Made by a program: the position numbers and the translations under genes. From Lepidodermella squamata (taxonomy: Eukaryota; Animalia; Gastrotricha), in the NCBI GenBank assembly GCA_047495785.1, contig JBLDXI010000025.1, positions 1,798,001-1,862,000 of the forward strand: a stretch of DNA of 64,000 bases. Reading direction: 5' to 3'. The notes beneath the pieces are model-generated. The model did not search any database, was not told the origin of the DNA, and saw nothing but the letters and a program-made list of their open reading frames with translations. Numbering within the stretch: position 1 is the stretch's first letter; every line of letters starts with the position of its first letter. Of the stretch, positions 1 to 8,591 are shown piece after piece.

Positions 1-41
1 TTTGGGCGTTTTCCACTCACACCATACCGTACTCTTCCACA
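1..41 (+). repeat. 3' end of an upstream LTR copy (truncated by the window edge)
   Basis: Identical to 4330-4370; ends in ...CTTCCACA. Confidence 0.95.
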
Positions 42-72
42 GGTTATGGGCCCAGCGCGCTTCCACTGCGCC
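42..72 (+). other. Copia-type PBS extended to a 31-nt complement of the 5' half of initiator tRNA-Met
   Basis: GGTTATGGGCCCAGCGCGCTTCCACTGCGCC is the reverse complement of tRNA-iMet from about nt 40 back to nt 9. It differs at one position from the insect sequence I recall. The first 14 nt are the Drosophila copia PBS. Confidence 0.92.
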
Positions 73-311
73 TAGAGCGCCAATTGATAACTGTTGTTAG
101 CAGCGCCTAGAGCGCCAAAACCTTATTATTTAATCTCTTGACTGGCAAAGGAGAAGTAGCTAATTCGTCTCCTTTGCCAGGTTAGTTGTTTATTGCTTTT
201 ATAATAAAATGAGCTAATTCGTCTCCTTTGCCAGGTCTTGTGTCTCATCACCGAACTTAGGTCGCTTCTCTTTGGGCGTTTTCCACTCACACCATACCGT
301 ACTCTTCCACA
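65..311 (+). repeat. Partial LTR copy (3' 247 bp of the LTR)
   Basis: Matches 4124-4370 at a constant offset of 4059. Confidence 0.96.
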
Positions 312-329
312 GGTAGCAGAGCGTAGTTT
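312..329 (+). other. Second PBS, complementary to the 3' acceptor end of intact tRNA-iMet
   Basis: GGTAGCAGAGCGTAGTTT directly after the LTR-terminal CA; metazoan tRNA-iMet ends ...CUCUGCUACCA. Confidence 0.88.
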
Positions 330-3300
330 GGCTCCGATGCAGTCTGCGACAATTGCGACAATCGTGGTCACTTGGCTCCTGCCTGCCGTCAACCGCGAAA
401 GCCGAAATCGGAGCGAAACCGCCGTCGACCTGAACATTTCGCTGGTATGACCGAAGGCGCCGCTTTCGTCGCCGGCGAATCTTTCGACTACGTCTGCGAT
501 AACTTGGCTCTCGTTGCTGGCTCGCCCACGAAGAACGACGTCTGGATTGCCGACTCGGGATGCAGTGACATGATGTCCCCCGACCTTGGTTCAATGCGCA
601 ACGTTGTTCTGCTCAGCCGTCCTTTCCGCATCAAGCTTGCTGACGGCAAAATCGTGTTGGCAAAGCAAAAGGGCGACGTCGATGTCCTGTTCAAATTCCA
701 AGATCGCTCCGAAAAAGCAACAATCTACGATGTTTTACACGTACCCGACCTCGTTGCTAATTTGTTTAGTATTCGCAGGATGACAGCACTCGGTCTCGGG
801 GCAATCTACCTTGGTGACGATGTCGAGTTCTTCGACCCAAGCACTAAGTCGACAGTCGCTACTGGCAAGTCGCACGGCTCGATGTACCTGATGAACATGG
901 CCACGGTGCCTCAAGGTTCGGCCTTCGTCGCCGCACCCGCCGAGCTGTGGCATCTCCGCGCTGCACATGTCAACTACGACGCTGTCTCGAAGTTGCCCAA
1001 GATCACCCAAGGATGCACCGTCACTGGTTCTGCACGCCCTTTTTGCGAGCCTTGTGCGCTCGGCAAGGGTCACCGTCTGCCTCACCCTGAAGTGAAACAC
1101 GAACGTGCCGACAAGCCGCTCGACCTCGTTCACTCCGATTTGGCCGGCCCAATCGAGGTGCCAACCATCAATGGTGCCAGATACGCCATGACTTTCGTCG
1201 ATGACAGCACTCGCATGACGCATGTTTACTTTTTGAAAACCAAAGATGAGGCTTTTAACGCTTTGAAAAGCTATGTCGAATTGGTAGAAAATCAGCACCG
1301 TCGAAGACTGGCTACGCTGAGAACGGATGGCGGTGGCGAGTACATTTCGGACGAGATGGCAAACTGGTTACGCGAACGTGGCATTCTCCATGAAATGACG
1401 GCCGCCTACAGTCCCCAGCAAAATGGTGTGGCCGAACGCATGTTCCGTACGCTTTTCGAAGGTTGCCGTACGATTCTGATCCATGCTGATGCTCCCGGCT
1501 GGCTTTGGGGCGAAGCACTCGCTTACGTCTGTTACTGTCGAAATCGTATGCCTAGTCGCTCTATTCGCCCTGGCAAAACTCCATTCGAATTGTGGTTTGG
1601 TCGTCGACCGGACATCTCGATGCTACGTGTTTTCGGCTGTCGCGCTTTCGGTCTCATTCCCGAGAAGGATCGTCACAAGCTCGACCCGAAGTCGAAACTC
1701 TACCGCTTCGTCGGCATCTCCGACTGTCGAAAGGCCTACAAACTTCTCGACCCGTCGTCCAACAGGATCTTCTACCGGTACGACGTCACTTTCAACGAAG
1801 CTTCGTGCAGCTTTCCGCCCGAGCCTCGCCCTGCCGGTGTCAATGGTGATGTGCCGATTCCCGCCGCACCCGCCCCGGCCATTCTTCAACGACCTGTTCG
1901 AACCGTGAAAGTCCCCGAACACCTCAAGGACTACGTCTGCGAAACGCTGCTGGACAAAGTGGGTAAACCCCCGCTTGTCCCCGTTCCTACCGTCGTTCCT
2001 ACCGTCGTTCCTACCGTCGTTCCTAGTAGTGCAGGTAAACCCCTGCCTACTGCCGACACTACGCTCGTTTCAACTTCGCCTGATCAATCTTGCTCGAACA
2101 ACGTGGGTAAACCCCCAGTTGCCGAAAATGGTGGGAGCCGTTTGGCCGATCCGGTCGCCCCTGACCCGCCCGCTCCAGCCATTCAAACTGTTGCGAAGAA
2201 AATTCCGAGGGACATCAAGAACGTCATCAACAACGCAATGACCTCGTCCCGAACCCGTTTTGGTAAGGTCGATCTAGCAATGGTCTACGCTCTGGCTACT
2301 GCCGTTCTCTCCGATTCGTCTGACGAACCAGCCACCTATCGTGAAGCCATGGAGTCTGAAGACGCTACGGGCTGGTCCGAAGCCTGCAAGATTGAGTTCA
2401 CGGCACACTCCAGCAACAAGTCGTGGATCATTGCCTCCTTGCCAGAACACGTCAAAGCAATCAATTCCGGTTGGGTCTTCAAGCGGAAGATTGGCGCCAA
2501 TGGTGAGCTCGATCGCCTAAAAGCTCGTATCGTCGCCAAAGGCTGCTCTCAACGACCCGGCGAGTATGGTGACACCTACGCGCCCGTTGTCTCGGCTACC
2601 AGTCTTCGTGCCGTCATTGCCTACGCCGCTGCAAATGGTTACTATCTGCACCAAATGGACGTCGTGGCTGCCTTTCTACATGGTGTTCTTCGCGAAACCG
2701 TGTACATGAAGCCCCCGCCTGGTATGACCGTTCCGCCCGGTAAGGTTTTGTTGCTCAAAAAGTCGATTTATGGGCTCAAGCAAAGCGGCCGCTGTTGGTA
2801 TGATACCCTTACCTCTTTTCTCAAATCAATTGGTTTCAAACAAAGCGAAGCTGATCCTTGTGTCTTTTCGAAGGATGGTTTGATTGTACTCATCTACGTC
2901 GATGACATGCTTCTAGCTGGTCGCTCACTCGAAGAAATCGCGTCCCTCAAGCGCCAACTGTCGTCGAAGTTCCAGATGAAGGATTGTGGCGAAGCCAAGT
3001 TCTTGCTCGGTCTGCACATCGAAATCTCTGGCAAATCAATCAAGGTTCACCAGAAGAGCTACATCGACAAGTTGGTCAAGCGTTTTCGCGTCGAAAAAGC
3101 CGCACCCGTTTCTACGCCAATCGATTCGAATACGGTTATCTGCGCTGATAACGGCTCCAAGCGGCTGGATGACAATCTGCTCTACCAGCAAATCATCGGA
3201 AGTCTGCTCTATGCTTCAATCCGCTCTCGTCCCGACATCGCATTCGCGGTGGGAGTTCTTGCCCGCTATTCGTCTGTCCCGACGGTCGCTCACTTGACGG

Positions 3301-3836
3301 CTGCAAGGCGAATCCTCGTCTACCTTCGCGATACGTCGACGCATGGTCTTCTCTACCAACGCCACCACGTAGGTAAACCCCTGCTGGTTGGCTACACCGA
3401 CGCCGACAAAAGTGGCTGCCCCGACACGCGGAAGTCGACTGGTGGCTATGTCTTTCTTTTCAACGCTTCACCGATCAGTTGGCTCTCGAAGCTTCAGTCC
3501 TGTGTGGCTTTGTCCACTTTCGAGTCCGAGTACGTGGCTCTGTCGGAGTGCTGTCGCGAAGCCATCTGGCTCCAACTGTTCTTCAAGTCGATCAACGTGC
3601 AAGTCAAGCCTACTACCTTGTACTGTGACAACCAAGCCGCCATCGCCCACCTCGACGCGCCAGCTATCAAGGCGTCCAAGCACATCGAGGTGCGCTACCA
3701 CTACACCCGCGACAAGGTGTTGGACGGCTCAGTCAACGTGCTGTGGTGCTCCACCGACGCGAACCTCGCTGACCAATTCACCAAGCTGTTGGCCAAAGAA
3801 AAATTCACATGCCTCGCTTCAAAAATCATTCAGTGA
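327..3836 (+). CDS. pol: 5'-truncated gag-pol: CCHC zinc knuckle, aspartic protease, GAG-pre-integrase, DDE integrase, RT (RVT_2 type), RNase H
   Basis: The frame opens after TAG at 324-326 with FGSDAV-CDNCDNRGHLAPAC (CX2CX4HX4C). It continues through WIADSGCS (protease), WHLRAAH..CEPC, VHSDLAGP / RTDGGGEY / NGVAER (integrase), LKARIVAKG, KSIYGLKQSGRCW, YVDDML (RT), and GYTDAD / STFESEYVA / YCDNQAA / NLADQFTK (RNase H). No internal stops. Confidence 0.96.
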   Translation, partial: FGSDAVCDNCDNRGHLAPACRQPRKPKSERNRRRPEHFAGMTEGAAFVAGESFDYVCDNLALVAGSPTKNDVWIADSGCSDMMSPDLGSMRNVVLLSRPFRIKLADGKIVLAKQKGDVDVLFKFQDRSEKATIYDVLHVPDLVANLFSIRRMTALGLGAIYLGDDVEFFDPSTKSTVATGKSHGSMYLMNMATVPQGSAFVAAPAELWHLRAAHVNYDAVSKLPKITQGCTVTGSARPFCEPCALGKGHRLPHPEVKHERADKPLDLVHSDLAGPIEVPTINGARYAMTFVDDSTRMTHVYFLKTKDEAFNALKSYVELVENQHRRRLATLRTDGGGEYISDEMANWLRERGILHEMTAAYSPQQNGVAERMFRTLFEGCRTILIHADAPGWLWGEALAYVCYCRNRMPSRSIRPGKTPFELWFGRRPDISMLRVFGCRAFGLIPEKDRHKLDPKSKLYRFVGISDCRKAYKLLDPSSNRIFYRYDVTFNEASCSFPPEPRPAGVNGDVPIPAAPAPAILQRPVRTVKVPEHLKDYVCETLLDKVGKPPLVPVPTVVPTVVPTVVPSSAGKPLPTADTTLVSTSPDQSCSNNVGKPPVAENGGSRLADPVAPDPPAPAIQTVAKKIPRDIKNVINNAMTSSRTRFGKVDLAMVYALATAVLSDSSDEPATYREAMESEDATGWSEACKIEFTAHSSNKSWIIASLPEHVKAINSGWVFKRKIGANGELDRLKARIVAKGCSQRPGEYGDTYAPVVSATSLRAVIAYAAANGYYLHQMDVVAAFLHGVLRETVYMKPPPGMTVPPGKVLLLKKSIYGLKQSGRCWYDTLTSFLKSIGFKQSEADPCVFSKDGLIVLIYVDDMLLAGRSLEEIASLKRQLSSKFQMKDCGEAKFLLGLHIEISGKSIKVHQKSYIDKLVKRFRVEKAAPVSTPIDSNTVICADNGSKRLDDNLLYQQIIGSLLYASIRSRPDIAFAVGVLARYSSVPTVAHLTAARRILVYLRDTSTHGLLYQRHHVGKPLLVGYTDADKSGCPDTRKSTGGYVFLFNASPISWLSKLQSCVALSTFESEYVALSECCREAIWLQLFFKSINVQVKPTTLYCDNQAAIAHLDAPAIKASKHIEVRYHYTRDKVLDGSVNVLWCSTDANLADQFTKLLAKEKFTCLASKIIQ
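1982..2024 (+). repeat. 12-bp in-frame tandem repeat (about 3.5 copies, PTVV) in the integrase-RT linker
   Basis: Repeated CGTTCCTACCGT. Confidence 0.85.
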
Positions 3837-3944
3837 TTCACTTGTGATTATACTCATGATCCGTGTTCTTATTCGCTTTTAGTTCTGTGATCATTTCTTC
3901 TCAATTATCCGTGATTCATCTATCGTAAAATTCAGTGTTCACCG

Positions 3945-3956
3945 AATTGGTGGGAG
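3945..3956 (+). other. Polypurine tract
   Basis: AATTGGTGGGAG immediately before the TGTTGGA start of the LTR. Confidence 0.7.
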
Positions 3957-4370
3957 TGTTGGATATTACTATCATTCATTATTATTATTATTATTATTAT
4001 TTCCGCCAGGCCTTTTGCACGTTATTATTATTATATTATTTAAGTGCAAGGCCGATCGCGTGTCGTTCGTGTAGTGCTAAGGTCGCACGCTTCGTAGTTG
4101 CTGCGCCTTGCCTCCTAATAGTGACTGCGCCTAGAGCGCCAATTGATAACTGTTGTTAGCAGCGCCTAGAGCGCCAAAACCTTATTATTTAATCTCTTGA
4201 CTGGCAAAGGAGAAGTAGCTAATTCGTCTCCTTTGCCAGGTTAGTTGTTTATTGCTTTTATAATAAAATGAGCTAATTCGTCTCCTTTGCCAGGTCTTGT
4301 GTCTCATCACCGAACTTAGGTCGCTTCTCTTTGGGCGTTTTCCACTCACACCATACCGTACTCTTCCACA
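3957..4370 (+). repeat. 3' LTR, 414 bp
   Basis: TGTTGGA...TTCCACA. Contains (TTA)n and two internal direct repeats (GCGCCTAGAGCGCCAA x2; AGCTAATTCGTCTCCTTTGCCAGGT x2). Confidence 0.93.
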
Positions 4371-4641
4371 ATTATGAGCCACTCGGAATTAACTGCTTCA
4401 AGAATGGAGATGGAATGAAAAGAGCGTCAATAAAACCAACCAGTCGCGGTATAAATTTACGATGAAGTTGGAGTAAAGCAAATTTAATTGTTGTAGATCA
4501 ATAGATGAAGTTGACCTAAAAAGCGCCAAAGAGCTGCCGGCAACTGGCTTACGCATGACCACTGTCGCCCTGTGGCCTTTGCCAGGTGACGGGGAGTCCT
4601 TGCACAGTGTTTTTTTGGGTACCCCACTATCCTCCTTGACG

Positions 4642-4704
4642 ACAGACGGAACGGAACACGGCCCACGACTACGGTAGTCGTGGGCCGTGTTCCGTTCCGT
4701 CTGT
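4642..4704. repeat. Perfect palindrome, 31-bp arms with a 1-nt centre
   Basis: ACAGACGGAACGGAACACGGCCCACGACTAC-G-GTAGTCGTGGGCCGTGTTCCGTTCCGTCTGT. Confidence 0.95.
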
Positions 4705-6049
4705 TCCGTTCCGCTCAAATGCGTTGTTCAACGCATTTGAGCGATTCAAACACAATGCATGAGTTAATTCTCTCAAATAATGGGTAAATAATGGGATGCA
4801 AGCCAATGGAGAATTGTTTGCTTTAAACACGGGGACAGCCGTCAGCCGTCCCCAGGAAAAGCCGTCCCCGGGACACCGAATTGCCCAGCGTAAATCCCAG
4901 CAGCACATATACCCACGTTGAAAATTCGGAAAACGCGCCCTTTTAGCGGAAAAATTTCAACGAAATATTTAAAAATAAATATGGTGAAAAATACATAGCG
5001 TATGCAATTCATATCTACTTTACAATCGTAACTAAGTTACGGCATATTTTATCTCGACTTTAATAAACTAACTATTGGGAAGATTTTTGACAGTTCAAGG
5101 AAGTAAACTGTGACGCGGAAGTGACTGAATGCACTCTGAATTATGCGTTCTTTAATACCAGAACCAACGCTCTATAATTATTATTAAGTATAACTGAAAT
5201 AAAAAAGACAACAATGAAAACTTATAGAAAACTGCAGCGCCCTTCTTTTAATAGCATTAGAAATAATTAGAACGGAAGAGTAATTAGGCACGAGAGAATT
5301 TTAATTTTGAGAAAATGAATTAATTGGTACAAATGAGTTTTAGGCACAAGATAGTAATTCTAAGTGAATGAAAATGAGAGATGCAGGATCTCTATGCTCT
5401 CCAGCATTTGTGATACATTAGCGAAATGCATGTTGAATCTCGATTGCTGTGCTGAAAGGTTTATGGCTTTCTAACAATTGACATCTGATTAAATACATTT
5501 GACAAATATGGAATTACTGGAGACTCAATTGTTGAAAAAAATGGCTTTTCATGCTCGTACCTATCACCTATTAGTTTATTTTTTTACAGGAAAAGCGAAT
5601 TCAAACAACCAAAATATATCGCGGAACACTGAAATATAAAAGTTTTTGGGAGTAAATCCTAAATTTGTGGTGAAATTGGAAAAAAACGTAAAATCCTCGG
5701 CAACTTTATTCGCAAATTCGGGCGCAAAACACTTCGATTCGGCTGAATTTCGGTCGAAAATTACCGAAATTCGGTCGCCACTCAAATTCGACTTCGATTA
5801 TTCGCGATCGGGTCGCGACTTAGATGGATCGAGTAGCAAGACTAGAAATAGGGCTTTGAGATACATTTTGGTCTACTCTATTCATTTCCATTCATTCACG
5901 CATTAAAGATGAGCGATAAATAGATTGCATTATGTATATGACTCACCGCAATAAAATATTAAGACTGCTGTGATTGACAAGAGATCTGGCAGCGGCAAGT
6001 CTCCCCGATTCGCTGATTGTTACTTATTAAGCTGGAATTTTAGCCGTTT

Positions 6050-8025
6050 ATGCATTTGCATCTCCACATTTTAGCAATTTTACTGTGGGTCGAGGCGACC
6101 TTTGAAAGAGGCCGACCAGCCCAGCGAGCTACAACAACAGCGAATTTCGACGATGATTTATTCGGACCACCGACCCCGCAATACATTCTGGGAAATGAGA
6201 AAACAAAACACCCTGTAGCCTCTCGGTTAAGTGGTAAATTAACGACTACAGCTAATTTTGACGAGGAGCCAACAACAACAAGGATACCAACAACTAAATC
6301 CAAGCAGAAATCAACCACGTCGAAGCGAACGACCAGGGTGACTAAAACAACTCGTTCGACTACGACAACGATAAAAACTACCGAGACAACTACAGAGCAG
6401 GAAATCGAGGAGCAAATTACTGTTGAAGACGAGTATGAACCCGGCAGTGAGTCTTATTCTGATGAAGATTCTTTGACGTCGTTGATGGCTCGATTGACCG
6501 AACAAGGCTACGACGCGAAATTTAGACCGTGGTACCACGGTAAAATCGGCCGAATTTTTGAAAAATTCCGAAAATTTCTGTTTTTATTAGGAAAACCTTT
6601 GGAAATTCGGTGTTCATTATTTTTCTCCAGTATAAGCTCAATATCGGAGAAAATGATGGATTTTACGACTGATTTCTATTTTCGCCAATCGTGGTTCGAC
6701 TACCGCCTCGCTTGGGACACAACGGAGAAGGATGTTCCGATAATTATACCGGGGGAGGACGTTGATTTTCTATGGAAACCTACCAGCTTCTTCCCGAACG
6801 CTAAATTCGGCGAAATTCATTATGTAACGCGGCGAAATGCTGACCTTCACATTTTGCCGAACGGCCACGTGACTGAAGGTTGCCGACTGACTTTAACTGC
6901 GACTTGTCCGATGGTAAATTTCACTGAAATTTTGCGATTTTTTTAAATTTTCGTTTGATTAAGGATTTTCGAAAATTCCCAATGGATGAGCAAGAGTGTT
7001 CGTTATTAATTGAACCTTTTTCACTGCCCGTCAATGACGCAATCTATCGATGGGACACCACTCCGAGATACTCGCGTAAGAAGGAGTACCATCGCGGTGG
7101 TTTCGACGAAGAGGAAGCTCACGTCGCCCTAGTAAACTCGGAGGGTGCGCACATGATAGTCGAACGGCAGGCGCATCTCACGAAATTGACGCACTTCTCA
7201 ATTCGCGGTATTCACATGTTTGAAGAATACGCAATTCGGCATGATGATGGGCTGAATTACACGCGGCTGCGAATCAGCATCGAATTCCGCCGCAATCTTG
7301 GCTACTACCTTATTCAGCTGTATTTGCCCGCCAATCTTCTGGTTATGATATCTTTCCTCTCGTTTTGGCTGCCGCGAGACTCAAGTTTGTCTATTTTAAA
7401 TTCATAAATTTGAAAAATTTAGCAAATTATGATAAAATTCAGGATTTGATTTTCAAATTTTGAAATAGATTTTAAAATATTTAAAATATTTAATTTAATT
7501 TTTAATTTTGTAGGTCCTTCGCGTGTTACTTTGGGTGCCACGATCACCCTGACGATGACAATAGCCCTCGCGTTCCAGGAACAAGCCGGTTTGCCAAAAG
7601 TTTCCTACATCAAAGCCGTCGATCTCTACTTTCTATTCTGCTTCGGCCTCGTTTTTCTCAGCCTCGTCGAATTCGCCGTAGTTACGTGGTTTCTTAAACG
7701 CTCTTTCACTCAGAGGTTGAAACAACCCCATCCGCCCTCATCGCTTGGTGATTCAAAATTTGTCAGCCCGCCTCTGTCGCCAACGTCAGGATTAAGGCGA
7801 AGGCCTATTAGCAAGTACAATAGAAAGAAGGAAAATCGAGCTGCTGTCAGTCAGTTTACAGACTGCCGCTACCAGATGAGCGGAAGTGATGAACAAATTA
7901 AGGCGGCTGGTGTGATCAACAACAAGGCGGCTTTTATCGATTGCGTATCACGCTTTTTATTTCCGCTTGTTTACCTAGTATTCAATATTGTTTATTGGTG
8001 GTATTACACTCGACCTGGTCACTGA
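6050..8025 (+). CDS. Cys-loop ligand-gated ion channel subunit, anion-channel (GABA/Gly/GluCl-like) branch; exons 6050-6539, 6591-6913, 6964-7384, 7514-8025
   Basis: Signal peptide; GYDAKFRP; FRQSWFDYRLAW; LWKPTSFFPNAK; Cys-loop CPMDFRKFPMDEQEC (CX13C) across intron 2; M1 GYYLIQLYLPA..SFLSFWL; M2 SPSRVTLGATITLTMT; LPKVSYIKAVDLY; M4 IDCVSRFLFP..FNIVYW. Introns are GT-AG, and AATAAA follows the stop. Confidence 0.95.
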
Positions 8026-8591
8026 AATAAAATTGGAAATAAGTATAACGATTTTTCAAAAATTGAACTTTGAAGAGGTCAAAACATCGCGGCCATGTGC
8101 TATTTTCTTAAATTTACAGGCACAGATGTCTGATCTTTGAGCTCGCGCGTGCTGAGGGTGACACCAAATGACACACTGAAAGAATGATTTTCTGCCTAAT
8201 TCCACATTCTTGAAATTTTTAACTACATGCAGCAGTAATTTTACACACTAGAGTTCGAGTTTTAAACAACATTTTTTTTATGAAAACCCAAATAATTAAT
8301 TGTTGATCCATTTAAATTTTCTTCACCATGATGAGCATGAGGTCGAATGCATCTTTGGACCGGCAAAAATTGCTTTCAGAATCTTCAATGACAGAAGAAA
8401 GACCGTCAACCTCTGGCCACAACTTGGAAGTTCCAAGGCACATGTTTACAATGCAGGTTGGGAAAATTAATAAATAAATTGCTAAACATATTTTCGAAAT
8501 ATTAATTATTGATTTTTTGAAAATTTATTGCTTTTGGATTTCAATTTAGATATCGAACGACGGTTCGATTTCAGGACTCGGCTCCCGATCA

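Larger units (their letters stand above)
1..4370 (+). mobile_element. Ty1/copia (Pseudoviridae) LTR retrotransposon; 5' end rearranged and running off the window start
   Basis: Uninterrupted ORF in copia order PR-IN-RT-RNaseH. 3' LTR 3957-4370 (TG...CA) is preceded by a purine tract. LTR-derived copies at 1-41 and 65-311 look identical to the 3' LTR by eye. Confidence 0.97.

Noticed and set aside
42-72. tRNA-Met gene
   Set aside because: Only a 31-nt fragment embedded between LTR sequences; it is a primer copy, not a gene.
126-437. Antisense ORFs 126-437 and 4185-4382 with a repeated TWQRRRIS motif
   Set aside because: Translation of the LTR and its internal direct repeat.
488-3882. Many short overlapping ORFs within pol
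   Set aside because: Shadow frames of GC-rich coding sequence.
4674-4690. Resemblance to the 5' end of tRNA-Ser (GTAGTCGTGG..)
   Set aside because: No D, anticodon or T arm follows; it is part of the palindrome.
5700-5845. TTCGG-rich stretch ending CAAGACTA, a possible transposon end
   Set aside because: No partner terminus or TSD found.
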